Source: an uncultured delta proteobacterium
GTDB lineage: Bacteria; Desulfobacterota; Syntrophia; Syntrophales; UBA2185
Reading direction: 5' to 3'
DNA length: 60,461 nt
NCBI GenBank assembly: GCA_963695875.1
Contig: CAVOID010000001.1
Coordinates: 1-60,461, forward strand
Shown here piece by piece: positions 45,246-57,251 of the stretch (position 1 is the first letter of the stretch; every line of letters starts with the position of its first letter). Below the pieces are notes generated by a model that saw only the letters and a program-made list of their open reading frames with translations, was not told where the DNA came from and did no database searches. The translations under genes and the position numbers were made by a program.

Positions 45246-46376
45246 TGAAAAAAGTAGGTGTCATTGATATCCATCCGAATAGCCCCATGTGCGGGCCGCA
45301 TCCTTCGTCGCAAGAGACTAACCAGTATGGGGACGATCAATCCCTTATCCATCTCTTTAACATCACCAGAGATGGATATACCTACGAAACAACCCTGGAC
45401 TATGTGTCGCAGAAGGATTGGATGGGTATAGATGAGTTTTATATAAGTTTACCCGCCGCCATCTTAGACTTCAGAATCTTGAATTTCCCATTCTCCGATA
45501 AGGAAAAAATAACGAAGGCCATCCCTCTTGAACTGGATAATTACATCATGGGCGGCTCTGAAGAGATTGTTTTTGACAGTATCAATCTGGGTGGTGATGA
45601 CACATCTGTAGAAGTTCTTGTGGCTTACGCCAGGAAAGAGGTCCTTAATCATATTCTTACGCAACTTGCTCGTAAAAACATTGACCCGCGGGTCATCACA
45701 TCCATCGACCTCCAGACCGTCGTCAAAACCGGGGAGGGACCAGACCAGGAGGGATTTCGGGGATCAATTGCCGAACATCTAATCGGTCTTCAAAAATGGG
45801 ATCAAAACCAGCGTATCATTGCAGCAGAGCAAGAACTCACTAAACCTACTATCAATCTCAGGATCGGGCAATTTGCCTACAGGAAGGATGCCGAAAAAAC
45901 TGGAAAAGCTTTGAGGATAACGTCTATCCTTGCTTCCCTGTTGGCGCTTGTCGTACATGCTGAGTATAATGTTCCAGGCAATCATGATAAAAAAAGAGCT
46001 CGCCACAATAACAAGTGATATGCGTGGTTCGTATAGCAGCCTTTTCCCCAGCGATAAGAAGACTATCGATGTATTGAACCAGTTGAAATCTCATATCAGG
46101 GAAATTGAAGAAAAGAATGACACGCTGACGGGTATTGCCACTCTTCAGTTTCTAATGGATTTATCAAAGAGAAGGGAATCGTACATTGTCTATACTGATA
46201 TTCAAATTGAAAAGAATCTGATTAAAATGAAGGCGGAGACCAGTTCCATGGATGATCTTTCAAAGATTAAAATGAAGCTTTCTGAATTTCTGCCGGACGT
46301 ATCTATTTCTGATGTTAAGACGACGGCACATGGGAAGATTCTTTTTACCGTCGTTGCCAAGGGACAATCATCATGA
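45245..46376 (+). CDS. gspL: T2SS protein L (frameshift near 45960)
   Basis: Actin-like cytoplasmic part (FPFSD..KI..AIPLEL, INLR.G.F), TM, PilN-like C-terminus; operon order. Confidence 0.75.
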
Positions 46377-46918
46377 AATTCGATTCTCTTTTTACCTTAA
46401 TCCGCGATTATTGGCAAGACCGGGCATCCCGCAAAAAGATGGTTATTGTGGCGGTGCTGATCGGGCTCTATATACTGATCATCCCCAATCTGCTTTGGGA
46501 GCGGGCAGCAGAAAAAGAACTATCAGAATTGACGGCGAAGTATCACGAATTTTCCACCTTAACCGATAAATACAGATCGCTGAGGGCGAGTGTCAATGCT
46601 ATAGAACAGAAAAAAACTCTCACAAAAACAAACAGCATAACTCAGGCAATGGGAGATATTTCTCTTTCGCTCGGGATCAAAGATAAAATGAAATCCATTA
46701 AATTGACAGGAACGAAGAAGGTAATGGATCAGATGAGTGAAGAGTCAGCGGAGATACAGATGGAAAAGCTGAATATGACCGAATTGGTTCACCTGTTTTA
46801 TAAGATTGAAAATGCTCCCATGATTTTAGCCGTAAAAAGAGTGGCTATAAAGAAGTCCTTCGAAAATCCGGAACTGCTTGACGTCACAATGGCAGTATCA
46901 CTCTTCGGCAGTCCCTAG
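46373..46918 (+). CDS. gspM: T2SS protein M
   Basis: N-terminal TM, coiled coil, LV.L.YKIE; operon order. Confidence 0.7.
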   Translation: MKFDSLFTLIRDYWQDRASRKKMVIVAVLIGLYILIIPNLLWERAAEKELSELTAKYHEFSTLTDKYRSLRASVNAIEQKKTLTKTNSITQAMGDISLSLGIKDKMKSIKLTGTKKVMDQMSEESAEIQMEKLNMTELVHLFYKIENAPMILAVKRVAIKKSFENPELLDVTMAVSLFGSP

Positions 46919-47121
46919 GTTCCCCGGTCATAGTTTCCACCTTTTTCAAAAAGGGGGCATCTTCTCTTCTATTCCCCCTTCTTAAAAGCAAACCCTTTAG
47001 TTCCCCTCTTTGCGAAAGAGGGGAATAAGGAGGAAATTCTAAGAGCATCGGACGGTGTTTAGTATAATCAATCCGTAGGACAGGCATCTCGCCTGTCCTA
47101 TATAATTCAAGGGGGTCTTAT

Positions 47122-47932
47122 ATCAAAAGAATTGCTGTTACACTGATTGTTTTCTTCCTCTTTATTTGGGTTGTATGGCTCGTCATCCCGGAATCTATGA
47201 TCACCGGCTATATTAAGGAATCATTGGAAGGCCGTGACATTGAAATCAAGCTGATAGGTTTCAAAAAGGGCATTTTTTACACTTTAAGAGCTGAACAGGG
47301 GCTTATATTATATTCGGGTGCAGATATAACTTCTTCATCAGCAAGCCAGGAAATTAAACCCATTATTGTAATTCAAGATATAAACGTAACACCGGATTTA
47401 CATTCCCTCCTTGAGCTAACCCCCCGATTAAATTTTAGTGGTCAGATAAATCATGGCACGGTTAACGGTACTATTACCGAAGAACAGTGGGGAATGGACT
47501 CTGCAGATCGTTGGAGAAAATATTCAGATAAATGGTCTGCCTATCATCGAAAAAATAGGTGTGTATGGTGACGGCAACCTCATGTTCAATTTTCAGAGAA
47601 AGCATCGGAAGGGAGAAATTACTTTTTCCATTGACAATGCGATGCTGAAAGGGGCGCTCACAGGGATCAGCGCTTTACCATTGCACTTATTTAGGAATGT
47701 GAAAGGATTGCTTACTATTGGGGATGCTTCAATTGCCGTTAATTCTCTTACTATGGAAGGCAAGGGCATATATGTCAGAATAAAAGGCATTATTAAGGAA
47801 AGCAATTTTGATGGGAACATCGAGATAATGATGGATTCGTCTTTCGATCTGTATCCAACTCTCAAATCGTTATTGGCACGATATAAGGTATCGGAAGGAT
47901 TTTATGTCATTCCGTATGTTCATAAAATTTAG
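47122..47932 (+). CDS. gspN: T2SS protein N (frameshift near 47485; expected start codon reads ATC)
   Basis: TM IKRIAVTLIVFFLFIWVVW..P after AAGGGGG; beta-rich body; last gsp gene. Confidence 0.65.
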
Positions 47933-49077
47933 CTGCCGGTGGTTCCGTGACAGAAGCATCACATTCTATGGGGTCATTTTTATTGCCATCTGTGTGGGAA
48001 TGCTCATAACGGGGCTCTGGCCTTTCAACTTCAGGCCGGTAAACAAGGTCGCCTGGCTTGGTGATAGGAATGGTGTAAATTTTTACGGTTATGCGACTAT
48101 TATAGGTTCTAATGCTTGGAAGAAAGATCAGGAGTCTCTTTTTCCGGACAAGGCAATCAGTCTGGAACTCTGGCTTCATCCCCTGACGGAGACAAGCGGC
48201 CTGCCCCGTATCCTTACGCTTTATGATGAAAAAACACCGTATATCTTCTTTCTAGGTCAATGGAAATCCCATCTGGTTATCAGGAACAGAACAGATGATC
48301 CAGCCGCCCGCAAGCCAGGCAAACCATACCAGGAAATGGGCCTCTCTAATGCTCTTCTGAAAGATCGTGATGCCTTCATCACAATAACATCGGGAAAAGA
48401 AGGATCAGTCATATATATAAACGGAAAGCTCGCCAGATCTTATCCCCGTCATCAATTGCTTTCTGGATATAATGGAGAACCTGTCCGCCTTGTTTTGGGC
48501 AATTTAACTACCGGTGAAAGCTACTGGACTGGCTATATATCAGGTCTCGCCATTTACAATCGGGTGTTAACAGCTAAACAGGTCTTCAGTAGTTATCAGG
48601 AGTGGGTTCAAAAGGGTGCCCCTTCTGTCGAAGGGAACAGCTGCATTGCCTTGTACTTATTTGACGAAAGAAAGGGAACAATTGTTCATGATCATGTGAA
48701 CTCCGACAACCAGCTTGCGATTCCGGAAATATTCAAGCCTGTTAAGTTGACCGTGCTAAATATCCCCTGGCGGCATGATGATTTTCAGTGGAATAGGTCG
48801 TTTTTTATGGATGTGGCGATTAATGTTATTGGATTTATACCATTCGGTTTCTTCTGCGCCGGTTTGCTGGTTAAGATCTCGTAGGTTCAAGATATCTGCC
48901 AATTATATGATAACAGTCCTTTTAGGCTTCGGATTAAGCCTTGCCATTGAACTTATGCAGGTGTATCTCCCTACACGGGACTCTTCCCTGACAGACGTGA
49001 TATGCAATGTTCTAGGAACCATAATGGGCCTGATTCTTTACCAAACAACAGTTTTTTCCTCTTTCAGAAACTGTTAA
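47904..49077 (+). CDS. LamG/concanavalin-like plus VanZ membrane protein (frameshift near 48880)
   Basis: GLWPFNF, ISLELW, YING, AIYNR.L (LamG); D..INVIGFIPFG, IELMQ.YLP.R.SS..D (VanZ). Confidence 0.8.
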
Positions 49078-49239
49078 TGAATAAAAGAAGAAATAATCTT
49101 ATATTTGACTTAAAATTTTGGTCATTATATAAATAAAAAAACAGGCATCTCGCCTGTTACGACAACTCCTTGCGACTCCCTCTTTTGCAAAGGGGGATAT
49201 AGGGGGATTTTTCAAGGCGGAGAATAAAAAGGAAACCAA

Positions 49240-49728
49240 ATGGCTAATTACAAAAAACAGAAGAAGCGGGTGTTAGTTGTTGATGACGAGGAGAACATAC
49301 GGCAAATTCTTAAGGAGTATCTTAATGAGTTTGGCTATGATGTAGTATGCGCTGTAAATGGTCAGGAGGCCTTGCAAATATACAAGAACGGGCGCTTCGA
49401 TGTCATACTGTCGGATCTCGTTATGAGACCGGTGGACGGATTAGAGCTGCTCGGTGAAATCAAGAAGGTGGATCCGGATGCAATATTTATCATGATTACC
49501 GGCTATCCATCCATTGAATCCGCTTTAGAGGCTATAAAGAAAGGGGCCAGGGATTACATTACCAAGCCCTTCAACATTGATGAGATCAGGTTGAAAATGG
49601 AAAGGGTCCTTCTTGAACAGAGCTTGCAGGGGAGACTGAAAAATATTCAGGGAGTCGTCTGGGCTCTTATCATATCCATTCCCGTATGGCTCATCCTCGG
49701 CATCATCCTGGCAAGGTTGCTAAGGTAG
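49240..49728 (+). CDS. Response regulator receiver with a C-terminal TM helix
   Basis: VLVVDDE, SDLVM, ITGY, KPF; hydrophobic tail; TTGACT-17 bp-TATAAA at 49105-49133. Confidence 0.88.
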   Translation: MANYKKQKKRVLVVDDEENIRQILKEYLNEFGYDVVCAVNGQEALQIYKNGRFDVILSDLVMRPVDGLELLGEIKKVDPDAIFIMITGYPSIESALEAIKKGARDYITKPFNIDEIRLKMERVLLEQSLQGRLKNIQGVVWALIISIPVWLILGIILARLLR

Positions 49729-49785
49729 CAAGGGTGGCAGGACGGGTATTCGATAACCTGTCATTCCAGGAGACGTGAATCCAGT

Positions 49786-51441
49786 CTATCTCCTTGAGCG
49801 TTGAACATCATCTTTGATGCGCTTTACATGCCCACGACCCAATCCTTTCACCTCACAGCCGAGTTCAAAAAAGCGCCTTATCTTCGCATCATCTAAAATT
49901 CCAAAGCAATCTACCACAGCCGCAGGCCGCCCTGTCAGTTCGACAATATGGTCCGGGGTTAAACGCAGATAAGCCTCATGCCGCACCGCCAGAACTACGG
50001 CGTCTGCCTTGTGGAGAGTCTTCGCGATATCCGCATCAATCCGTAACTCGGCAAGCCTCTCCTGATTGCGGAAAAACCGTGCCTTGGAATGACCTGGTGC
50101 CGGATAGCTTTCCTGTTTTTCAAACTCCCACCAGTGTTTTACATAAGGATCGTGAACCGCAACGTCAGCCCCCATCTCTGAAAGCTTGCGTACCAGGATC
50201 TCCGAGCCACTGTAGCGGGTATCCCCCACATCTTCCCGGTAAGACGCCCCCAGAACGGCAATTTTGCAGGCGGCAACGATCTTCCCCATATTCCGTAAAG
50301 CATCACGCACAAGTTGCACGGCATGGAGAGGACGGGTGTCATTAATATTGATGGCTGCCGGGGTTATTTTAAAGATATCATCTTCAAATCCCATAAGGGT
50401 ATGGTAGGCCCATACGCCAAGCCCGCCGTCTTTCGGAAGACAGTAGCCACCTATACCAGGGCCCGGAAAGATGATGTTGGAATGGGTGGGGCGTACGCGG
50501 ATAGCCTCCAGTACTTTAATCAGATCTACTCCATTCCTCTCTGCGAAAATACTCCACTCATGCAGATAAGCCAGGATCGTGGCACGATAGGAATTTTCCA
50601 CGATCTTGCAAGTCTCACTCTCGATGGGGCGATCGAGAACCGTAAGGGGATATTTCTCAACATTGATAACATCGGAAAGAAATGCCGTGACGCGTTTCCG
50701 CGCTTCTTCATTGATGCCGCTGCAGACCCTCCAGAAATCGCGGATTGAAGAAACATACTGGCGTCCCGGCATAACCCTCTCAAAGGAGTGGGCCAGAAGC
50801 GGGTCCTTATCAGCGATGCCCCGTTTCTCAAAGGCCTTCTTGATGATTGGATACGCGATATATTCCGTTGTCCCCGGCGGAACTGTTGTTTCAATGAGGA
50901 TCAGGCAATCCGGCCTTATCCTTTCGCCGATGATTTTGAGGCTGTCCTCAAGGGCGGCAATATCCGCCTCCCCACATCGCATATCGCCTAAGGTTTCCTT
51001 ATTATAATCGCACTGGACATCCACGACAACAACATCCGCAAGGGAAAGGGCGTCAAAGGTATAAGTTGCCATCAAAGTTTTCTTCTCATTCACACAGCGA
51101 TGGATTAAGGGAGCAACCTCCGGATCTTCCGATTCGACGGGTGCGATTCCCCGGTTGATATAAGGTGTTTTCCAGTAGGAGCGTGTTGAGGGACGCTGCA
51201 TCCCGATAACAAACTTTGCCGGTTTTCCCGTAGACCGATCAACAGTGTCTGCGACAACTCCCGCCATAACAGCACCGACGAATCCCAATCCCATGACAAC
51301 AACGATTTCACGACCCATGTCTTTCTGCATGCTGACGATTTTTTGCAGCCTCTCAAATTCTAACTCATAGTCACGCTGCTGGGGGAGGGGAAATGATTCA
51401 CCATTTGGTGATATGGAAACTAACTGTTCATGTTTGTTCAT
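49786..51441 (-). CDS. Nucleotide-sugar dehydrogenase (UDP-glucose/GDP-mannose family)
   Basis: GLGFVG, ETTVPPGTTE, GPGIGGYCLPKD, DTRYS; ATG 51441 after AAAGGA. Confidence 0.9.
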   Translation of the reverse strand: MNKHEQLVSISPNGESFPLPQQRDYELEFERLQKIVSMQKDMGREIVVVMGLGFVGAVMAGVVADTVDRSTGKPAKFVIGMQRPSTRSYWKTPYINRGIAPVESEDPEVAPLIHRCVNEKKTLMATYTFDALSLADVVVVDVQCDYNKETLGDMRCGEADIAALEDSLKIIGERIRPDCLILIETTVPPGTTEYIAYPIIKKAFEKRGIADKDPLLAHSFERVMPGRQYVSSIRDFWRVCSGINEEARKRVTAFLSDVINVEKYPLTVLDRPIESETCKIVENSYRATILAYLHEWSIFAERNGVDLIKVLEAIRVRPTHSNIIFPGPGIGGYCLPKDGGLGVWAYHTLMGFEDDIFKITPAAININDTRPLHAVQLVRDALRNMGKIVAACKIAVLGASYREDVGDTRYSGSEILVRKLSEMGADVAVHDPYVKHWWEFEKQESYPAPGHSKARFFRNQERLAELRIDADIAKTLHKADAVVLAVRHEAYLRLTPDHIVELTGRPAAVVDCFGILDDAKIRRFFELGCEVKGLGRGHVKRIKDDVQRSRR

Positions 51442-51550
51442 TACATAATTCCTTTCATTTTTCATAATCAGATAGTTCTTACAATCTGTACTTAATGTCA
51501 TTATTAGATGCGAAGCGACGTGGTAATAATATAGATTATCAAGACCTCTT

Positions 51551-52907
51551 TTATTCTTTCGGGATCCCAAACTTTTCCATCAAATCATAAAGGGTAGGGC
51601 GGCTTACTTCAAGATCAATAGCAGCTTTCGTCACATTTCCCTGATTACGAGCCAGGGCCTTAAGGATCAGTTCCTTTTCCAGGGCATCGCGGGCTTCCTT
51701 AAGCCCCATTCTTTCATACTCCGGCTGGATAGCTTCGAGCTCTAAATCTGCCGAGGTAATTTTCCTGCCCTCAGCCATAATCACAGCACGCTTTATGCGG
51801 TTCTCCAGTTCCCGGACATTTCCCGGCCAGGCATACTGTTCGATGGCATTGATAGCCTGGTTTGTGAAACCCTTGACTTTCTTTCTGTTTTCATCTGCAT
51901 AACGTTCCAGGAAAGATTTAGCCAGAAGAATAACATCCCCCTCTCTTTCTCTGAGGGGAGGAAGTGATATCAATATGACCCCTAAGCGAAAGTAGAGATC
52001 CTCACGAAAACTTCCATCCTTCATGGCTTCTTTCAGATCACGGTTGGTCGCTGCAATAACACGGGCATCCACCTCGATCTGTTCCCTGCCGCCGACCCGT
52101 TCGACAACCTTTTCCTGCAGGAAACGGAGAATCTTTACCTGGAGGGAGAGAGGGAGTTCGCCGATTTCATCCAGGAAGAGGGTACCACCCTCGGTCATTT
52201 CGATGCGCCCTTTGCGCTGGATATGTGCCCCGGTAAAGGCACCCTTCTCATGACCGAAAAGCTCGCTTTCCAGGAGATTTTCCGGAATGGCGCCGCAGTT
52301 GATCACGATGAAAGGTTTATCTTGACGGATGCTCAGCCGGTGAATGGCACGGGCAACGAGTTCCTTGCCGGTGCCGCTTTCTCCCATGATCAAAACGGGG
52401 GCATCCGTGGTTGATATCTTTCGGATGACGGAAAAGACATCCTGCATCTTTCCGCATATTCCCAGCATGCTCTTCGAAGGTGTCTCTGCTTAATCGTTGC
52501 TGCAACGCCCGTTGCTCACGTTCAAGCTGTGAGACATGAAATGCGCGGCGAAGCACGACCTTGAGTTCATCCACCTGTATCGGTTTATAAAAGAAGTCGT
52601 ATGCTCCTTGAGCTATTGCCTGAAGGGCATTCTCTTTTTCTCCTCTGCCGGTAATGATAATAACTTTGGTTGTATTATCTTTATTCAAAATATCGGCGAG
52701 AGTATTGAAGCCCTCCTCAACACCGGCAGGCTGGGGCGGCAAGCCGAGATCAAGGGTGACAACGAGAGGTGCCTCTCTCCTGAAAATACTCACAGCACTT
52801 TCCCTGTCTCCAGCTATGATGATGTTATAATCCTGTGAGAGTGCCCACTTCATCTGTGTGCTCAACTCTTCATCATCTTCAATAATCAAAAGTTTTGGTT
52901 TCTTCAT
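51551..52907 (-). CDS. prsR: PEP-CTERM-box sigma54 response regulator (frameshift near 52470)
   Basis: KPKLLIIEDD, VTLDLGLPP, GESGTGKE, GAFTGA, WPGNVRELEN, Fis HTH. Confidence 0.88.
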
Positions 52908-54109
52908 GACATTTCTGTCCAGTGATCAGGAGTCAAGTGAAAATGAAATATAATTTTCTTATCTTTTATCATATGTTCTTAAATCTTGACACTTATTTAT
53001 AGGCAATAACCGCTAAATGCTGACCATTTTGTCTTCTCGCTCTCAACCTGTAGTTCGTCGATTCAAATAGTCTTGCGGCGAAGTAGGCCGATCCACGTTC
53101 CTTATTTATCAAATTCATCGCAATGCGTGGGCACTAATCGTTGGTTATATAACATAGGCAGCCTTAGAAAACTATTATTCATGTTATTGAAAGGGGCCTT
53201 ATGCCGAGGCAATTTCATCCATCTGTCACTTTGGACGAATGTGACAATTAATAATTTTTTCCCGGAATTTGCCCTCAGTGAATACGGTCGAAGTGACGAT
53301 ATGGAAATTTTTCAAACTTCTCGAGGATTAATAAAACACACAAAATGAATCTATATGTACTCCATTGAAATTAATGCGTAGCAAGCATGAACAGTTGCTC
53401 AAGTAAATTTCTTGCCGAAGCATAATTTTAATTCGCCAGACTTTTGATAGAACTGGAGGAAATATCATTCATATAATTATTGTAGCATTATATATACTTG
53501 CCGCAATTCAACTTTTCCCAGTGTATGATAATCTATTCACTATTCTGGACAAACGAGCACTTTTGCAGGGCGATAAATACTAATAATCTATTTTATATCA
53601 AAGACTTACACTTCTTAAGATTCTTCCTGGTATATCTCTTGCTCTATCTTGTGCAGTTTAACTATTGGCTTATATTGAAGACTGTAACATCCTAATGTTT
53701 AAGTGTAATTTCTCATCACGATATTTTTTGTCTCCGCATTAGAAAAGTAGTTATGGTGTGCATAATTATATATCTAATGTTGATTCTATTCTTCTGGTCC
53801 CTATGTGCAATAAAATTGAGATCGAAAGGAGCGAAAGTGGGTCAAAAAAAAATGGAACTAAACTTGCGAGCACAGTGGCCACGTGAATAACATCGTCTGT
53901 TGGAGCGATTTGAAAAGATTACTCTAGGTGACAGTTGTCACAGAATTATTTTCTTCACATGACGATAATATCACCAAAAGTCATCGGGGTTTATACCAAG
54001 AATCTCATCACCGGGAACCACAGGAGGTATTATCAATGACGGTAATCTCATTAATCGAAGAATAGAATGATCATGCGATCTGAAATAGTTGCCTCGGGAA
54101 AAGGGCGAT

Positions 54110-57100
54110 ATGATAAAAATAAGAAGGGGACAATCACTGTATCAGTTCAGGAAGTTATTGACACTTGTTATTTGCTTGGTCAGCTTTGTATTTAGTTCAG
54201 ATGGAAATGCAGACACGTATACAGTTGCTCCAGTTGCAGTTATGCGATGTAAGTCGGCGGTGAAGTACGGCTACGGCATGGAGATATCGTTGCCGTTCCG
54301 GCATGTAGCAACTACATCATGGTCAGGCACATTGACTGTTAATAAAACGATTACTCTCCAGGGGCGGGATAGTTCACGACCAACATTTCCGTCGGAGCAT
54401 ATCAATTGACTATGCGTTATCAAGTATCATTGGATTCCAATTTACAGGCACTAATTTCAGGTATTGTACATTCACTTCACAGGATGGTGTAATGGTTGGA
54501 GAATAGATTATAATACAATTAATTGGGGGAATAACTTTGGTATAATGGTCATTTAGGGAATTTAAATTCATCAGCAGTTCAATTCAACGCTCCTGATACA
54601 GGGGCATTTATTGATAGCAAATGCTATATAACAGGATGGACAATAACCTGTCATTATAAGAGCTGGTCGTCAGGCAACTGAAGTGAATATGTCATCATAT
54701 GGTGGGGACGCTTTATGGGATGGCTCGATGGAAAGTGCCTTGTACGTGGGGAACTGAAAACGCTGTTTTAGTCGAAAATAACACGTTTACCGGTTCCACT
54801 TCATGCGGAACTGGTTGCATTTCGTCTCACGATTCGAACTCGGATCGAGAGTCGTCGTCCGATCAATTCTATACAAAACAGATCGCCATATCATCATGCA
54901 GGTACAAAGGGCTGAGAATCGTGGTATTTCAGGATTTGAGGTTTATAGTAATGCACTTTACTGATTATAGTGGGGGCTCATGCTACGATACTGGCTTTAT
55001 TTACGTTCCGGTGGAGGAGCTGATTGTTTAACAATACTGCTAGCAACTTCACCAATTATGATCCTTTTCGAAATTAGACGAGCTGTAGGTATGGAGATGG
55101 TGGAATTGCATGCCAGGCTACAATTCAGGGATGGAAATGGGCTGTATGCATGGTTTCCTTGTGAGACCAGATTGGGCGTCGAAGAGATACTGTTAAAGGA
55201 CTAATGGTTAAGCTACATATTTTCACCCATGCACATCTGGATAAGAAGTCAGGTTCTACAGAAAAAGTCGGTCAGATTACGACCTGGGGATGTTGATGTC
55301 AGGAAATCCCTGAACACCTGGTTGCGAAGAGGGATTATCATAATGGAGGAGCAGGAACAGTTCAACAAACATTTACAGTGGTGGTACTGGAATAATAGGG
55401 TACGGGAATTAACGAAATGTTTATGGTAGCGGGACTCACGGATGCGAGTGAATCCGGCGGCGGGGTAGCTTATTGGGCAACCGGATACTAAGACGCTTTA
55501 CTGATGTAGCGCAACCAATACCTGGACGACCCATTATCAGCCCTATACGTTCCCCATCCGTTGCAGGGAGGGTCAGGCGGTGGTGGTGGAGTCAGACCCC
55601 CAACTCACCGTCACCGAATCAGGCACAGGAACGGGAACTGTCACCAGCTCACCATCGGGAATCAACTGTGGATCGACTTGCTCGGCGGGTTACGACAGTG
55701 GCACAGTAGTCACCCTGACCGCTTCGCCTTCCGGCGGCTCCACTTTTACCGGCTGGGGAGGAGCGTGTGCAGGTACGGGGGTATGCGTTGTGACTATGGA
55801 CGCAGCTAAATCTGTTACAGCAACATTCACAGCACCACCTCCACCGAGTAATTATAATTTGGCCATTATAAAATCCGGAGCAGGTACGGGAACTGTCTCC
55901 AGCTCACCGTCGGGAATCAACTGTGGATCGACTTGTTCTGCTACTTACACTGATGGCACAACGGTCACCCTGACCGCTGCACCTGCTTCAGGCGGCTCCT
56001 TCACTGGATGGTCTGGAGCAGGATGTTCAGGCACGGGGACATGCGTTGTGACCATGAACGCAGCTAATACTGTTACGGCAACGTTTGCAGCACCACCTCC
56101 ACCTGTTAATTATAGTTTGGTCATTTCAAAATCCGGCACGGGGACAGGAACTGTTTCCAGTTTGCCATCGGGAATTAACTGCGGGTCGACTTGCTCTGCT
56201 ACATACACTAGTGGCACGGTGGTCACCCTGACCGCTTCACCTGATACAAGTAACTCCTTTGCAGGCTGGTCCGGAGGAGGATGCGCGGGCATGGGGTCAT
56301 GCGCTGTAACTATGAATGCAGCGAAGACTGTTACAGCAACGTTCACAGCACCACCTCCACCGAGTAATTATACGTTGACTACTCTAAAATCCGGCGCAGG
56401 GACGGGATACGTTACCAGTTCGCCATCGGGAATCAGCTGTGGATCGACTTGCTCGCAGGATTACACCAGTGGCACAGTGGTCACCCTGACTGCTACCCCT
56501 GATTCAGGTAAGACATTTGCAGGCTGGTCCGGGTCGGGATGTTCAGGCACGGGATCATGCGCTGTGACCATGAGTGCAGCTAAGACTGTTACAGCAAATT
56601 TCGGAACACCTGCTGCACCTCATCACTGGCGTTTGTTCATCCTGAAATCTCATAGGGTGGGTGCCGTCGCTGGGAATGGAACCGTCTGCAAGCTCACCGG
56701 CTGGAATTGATTGCGGGACGACTTGCGAGGCAGATTACACTGATAGCACAGAGATCACTCTGACCGCTACCCCTGATCCAGGTAACTCCTTCACAGGCTG
56801 GTCTGGAGGGGGATGCTCAGGCACCGGGGCATGCGTTGTAAGCGCGAATAACGATACATCTGTTACGGCGACATTCACATCAAATTCTTCTTCTGCTTCT
56901 GGAGATAGTGGTGGCGGTGGAGGCGGCTGTTTCATAGCCACAGCGGCTTACGGATCATACCTTGACCCTCATGTATATGTACTCAGAAATTTCAGAGACA
57001 GATACTTATTGACGAATTCCTTAGGTCAGGCATTTGTAGACAGCTATTACAGATACTCCCCACCAGTGGCAGATTTCATAAGCAAGCATGAAACTTTAAA

Positions 57101-57236
57101 GATTGCTGCAAGGTGGGCTCTTACACCGGTTGTTGGTGGTGTTGAGCATCCATATACAGCGGCATCAATACTTCTAATGATTCCTGCTGGTATTATTCTG
57201 GCACTGAGGAGAAGAAAGGTAAAAAGATCTCATTAA
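54110..57236 (+). pseudogene. Large secreted surface protein: degraded beta-helix-like N-terminus, five InlB-B-like Cys repeats and a CFI-box-CTERM domain
   Basis: Signal-like start, fragments WGTENAVLVENNTF and PYTxPHPL, 86-aa repeats, [30 protein letters not shown] plus RRRK. Confidence 0.75.
55600..56880 (+). repeat. Five tandem coding repeats, 258 bp period
   Basis: CCACCTCCACC linker at 55835, 56093 and 56351; unit GTGTV.S.PSGINCGSTC...VTLTA.P...F.GWSG.C.GTG.C.VTM...TVTA.F. Confidence 0.9.
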
Positions 57237-57251
57237 AAGATGGGCCCTATC

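Noticed and set aside
53820..53900. c-di-GMP-I riboswitch
   Set aside because: GAAA-containing segments are present but the GCAAA/CTAA stems cannot be built
55600..56880. Regularly spaced repeats as a CRISPR array
   Set aside because: The 258-bp units are in-frame coding repeats; no unique spacers and no cas genes
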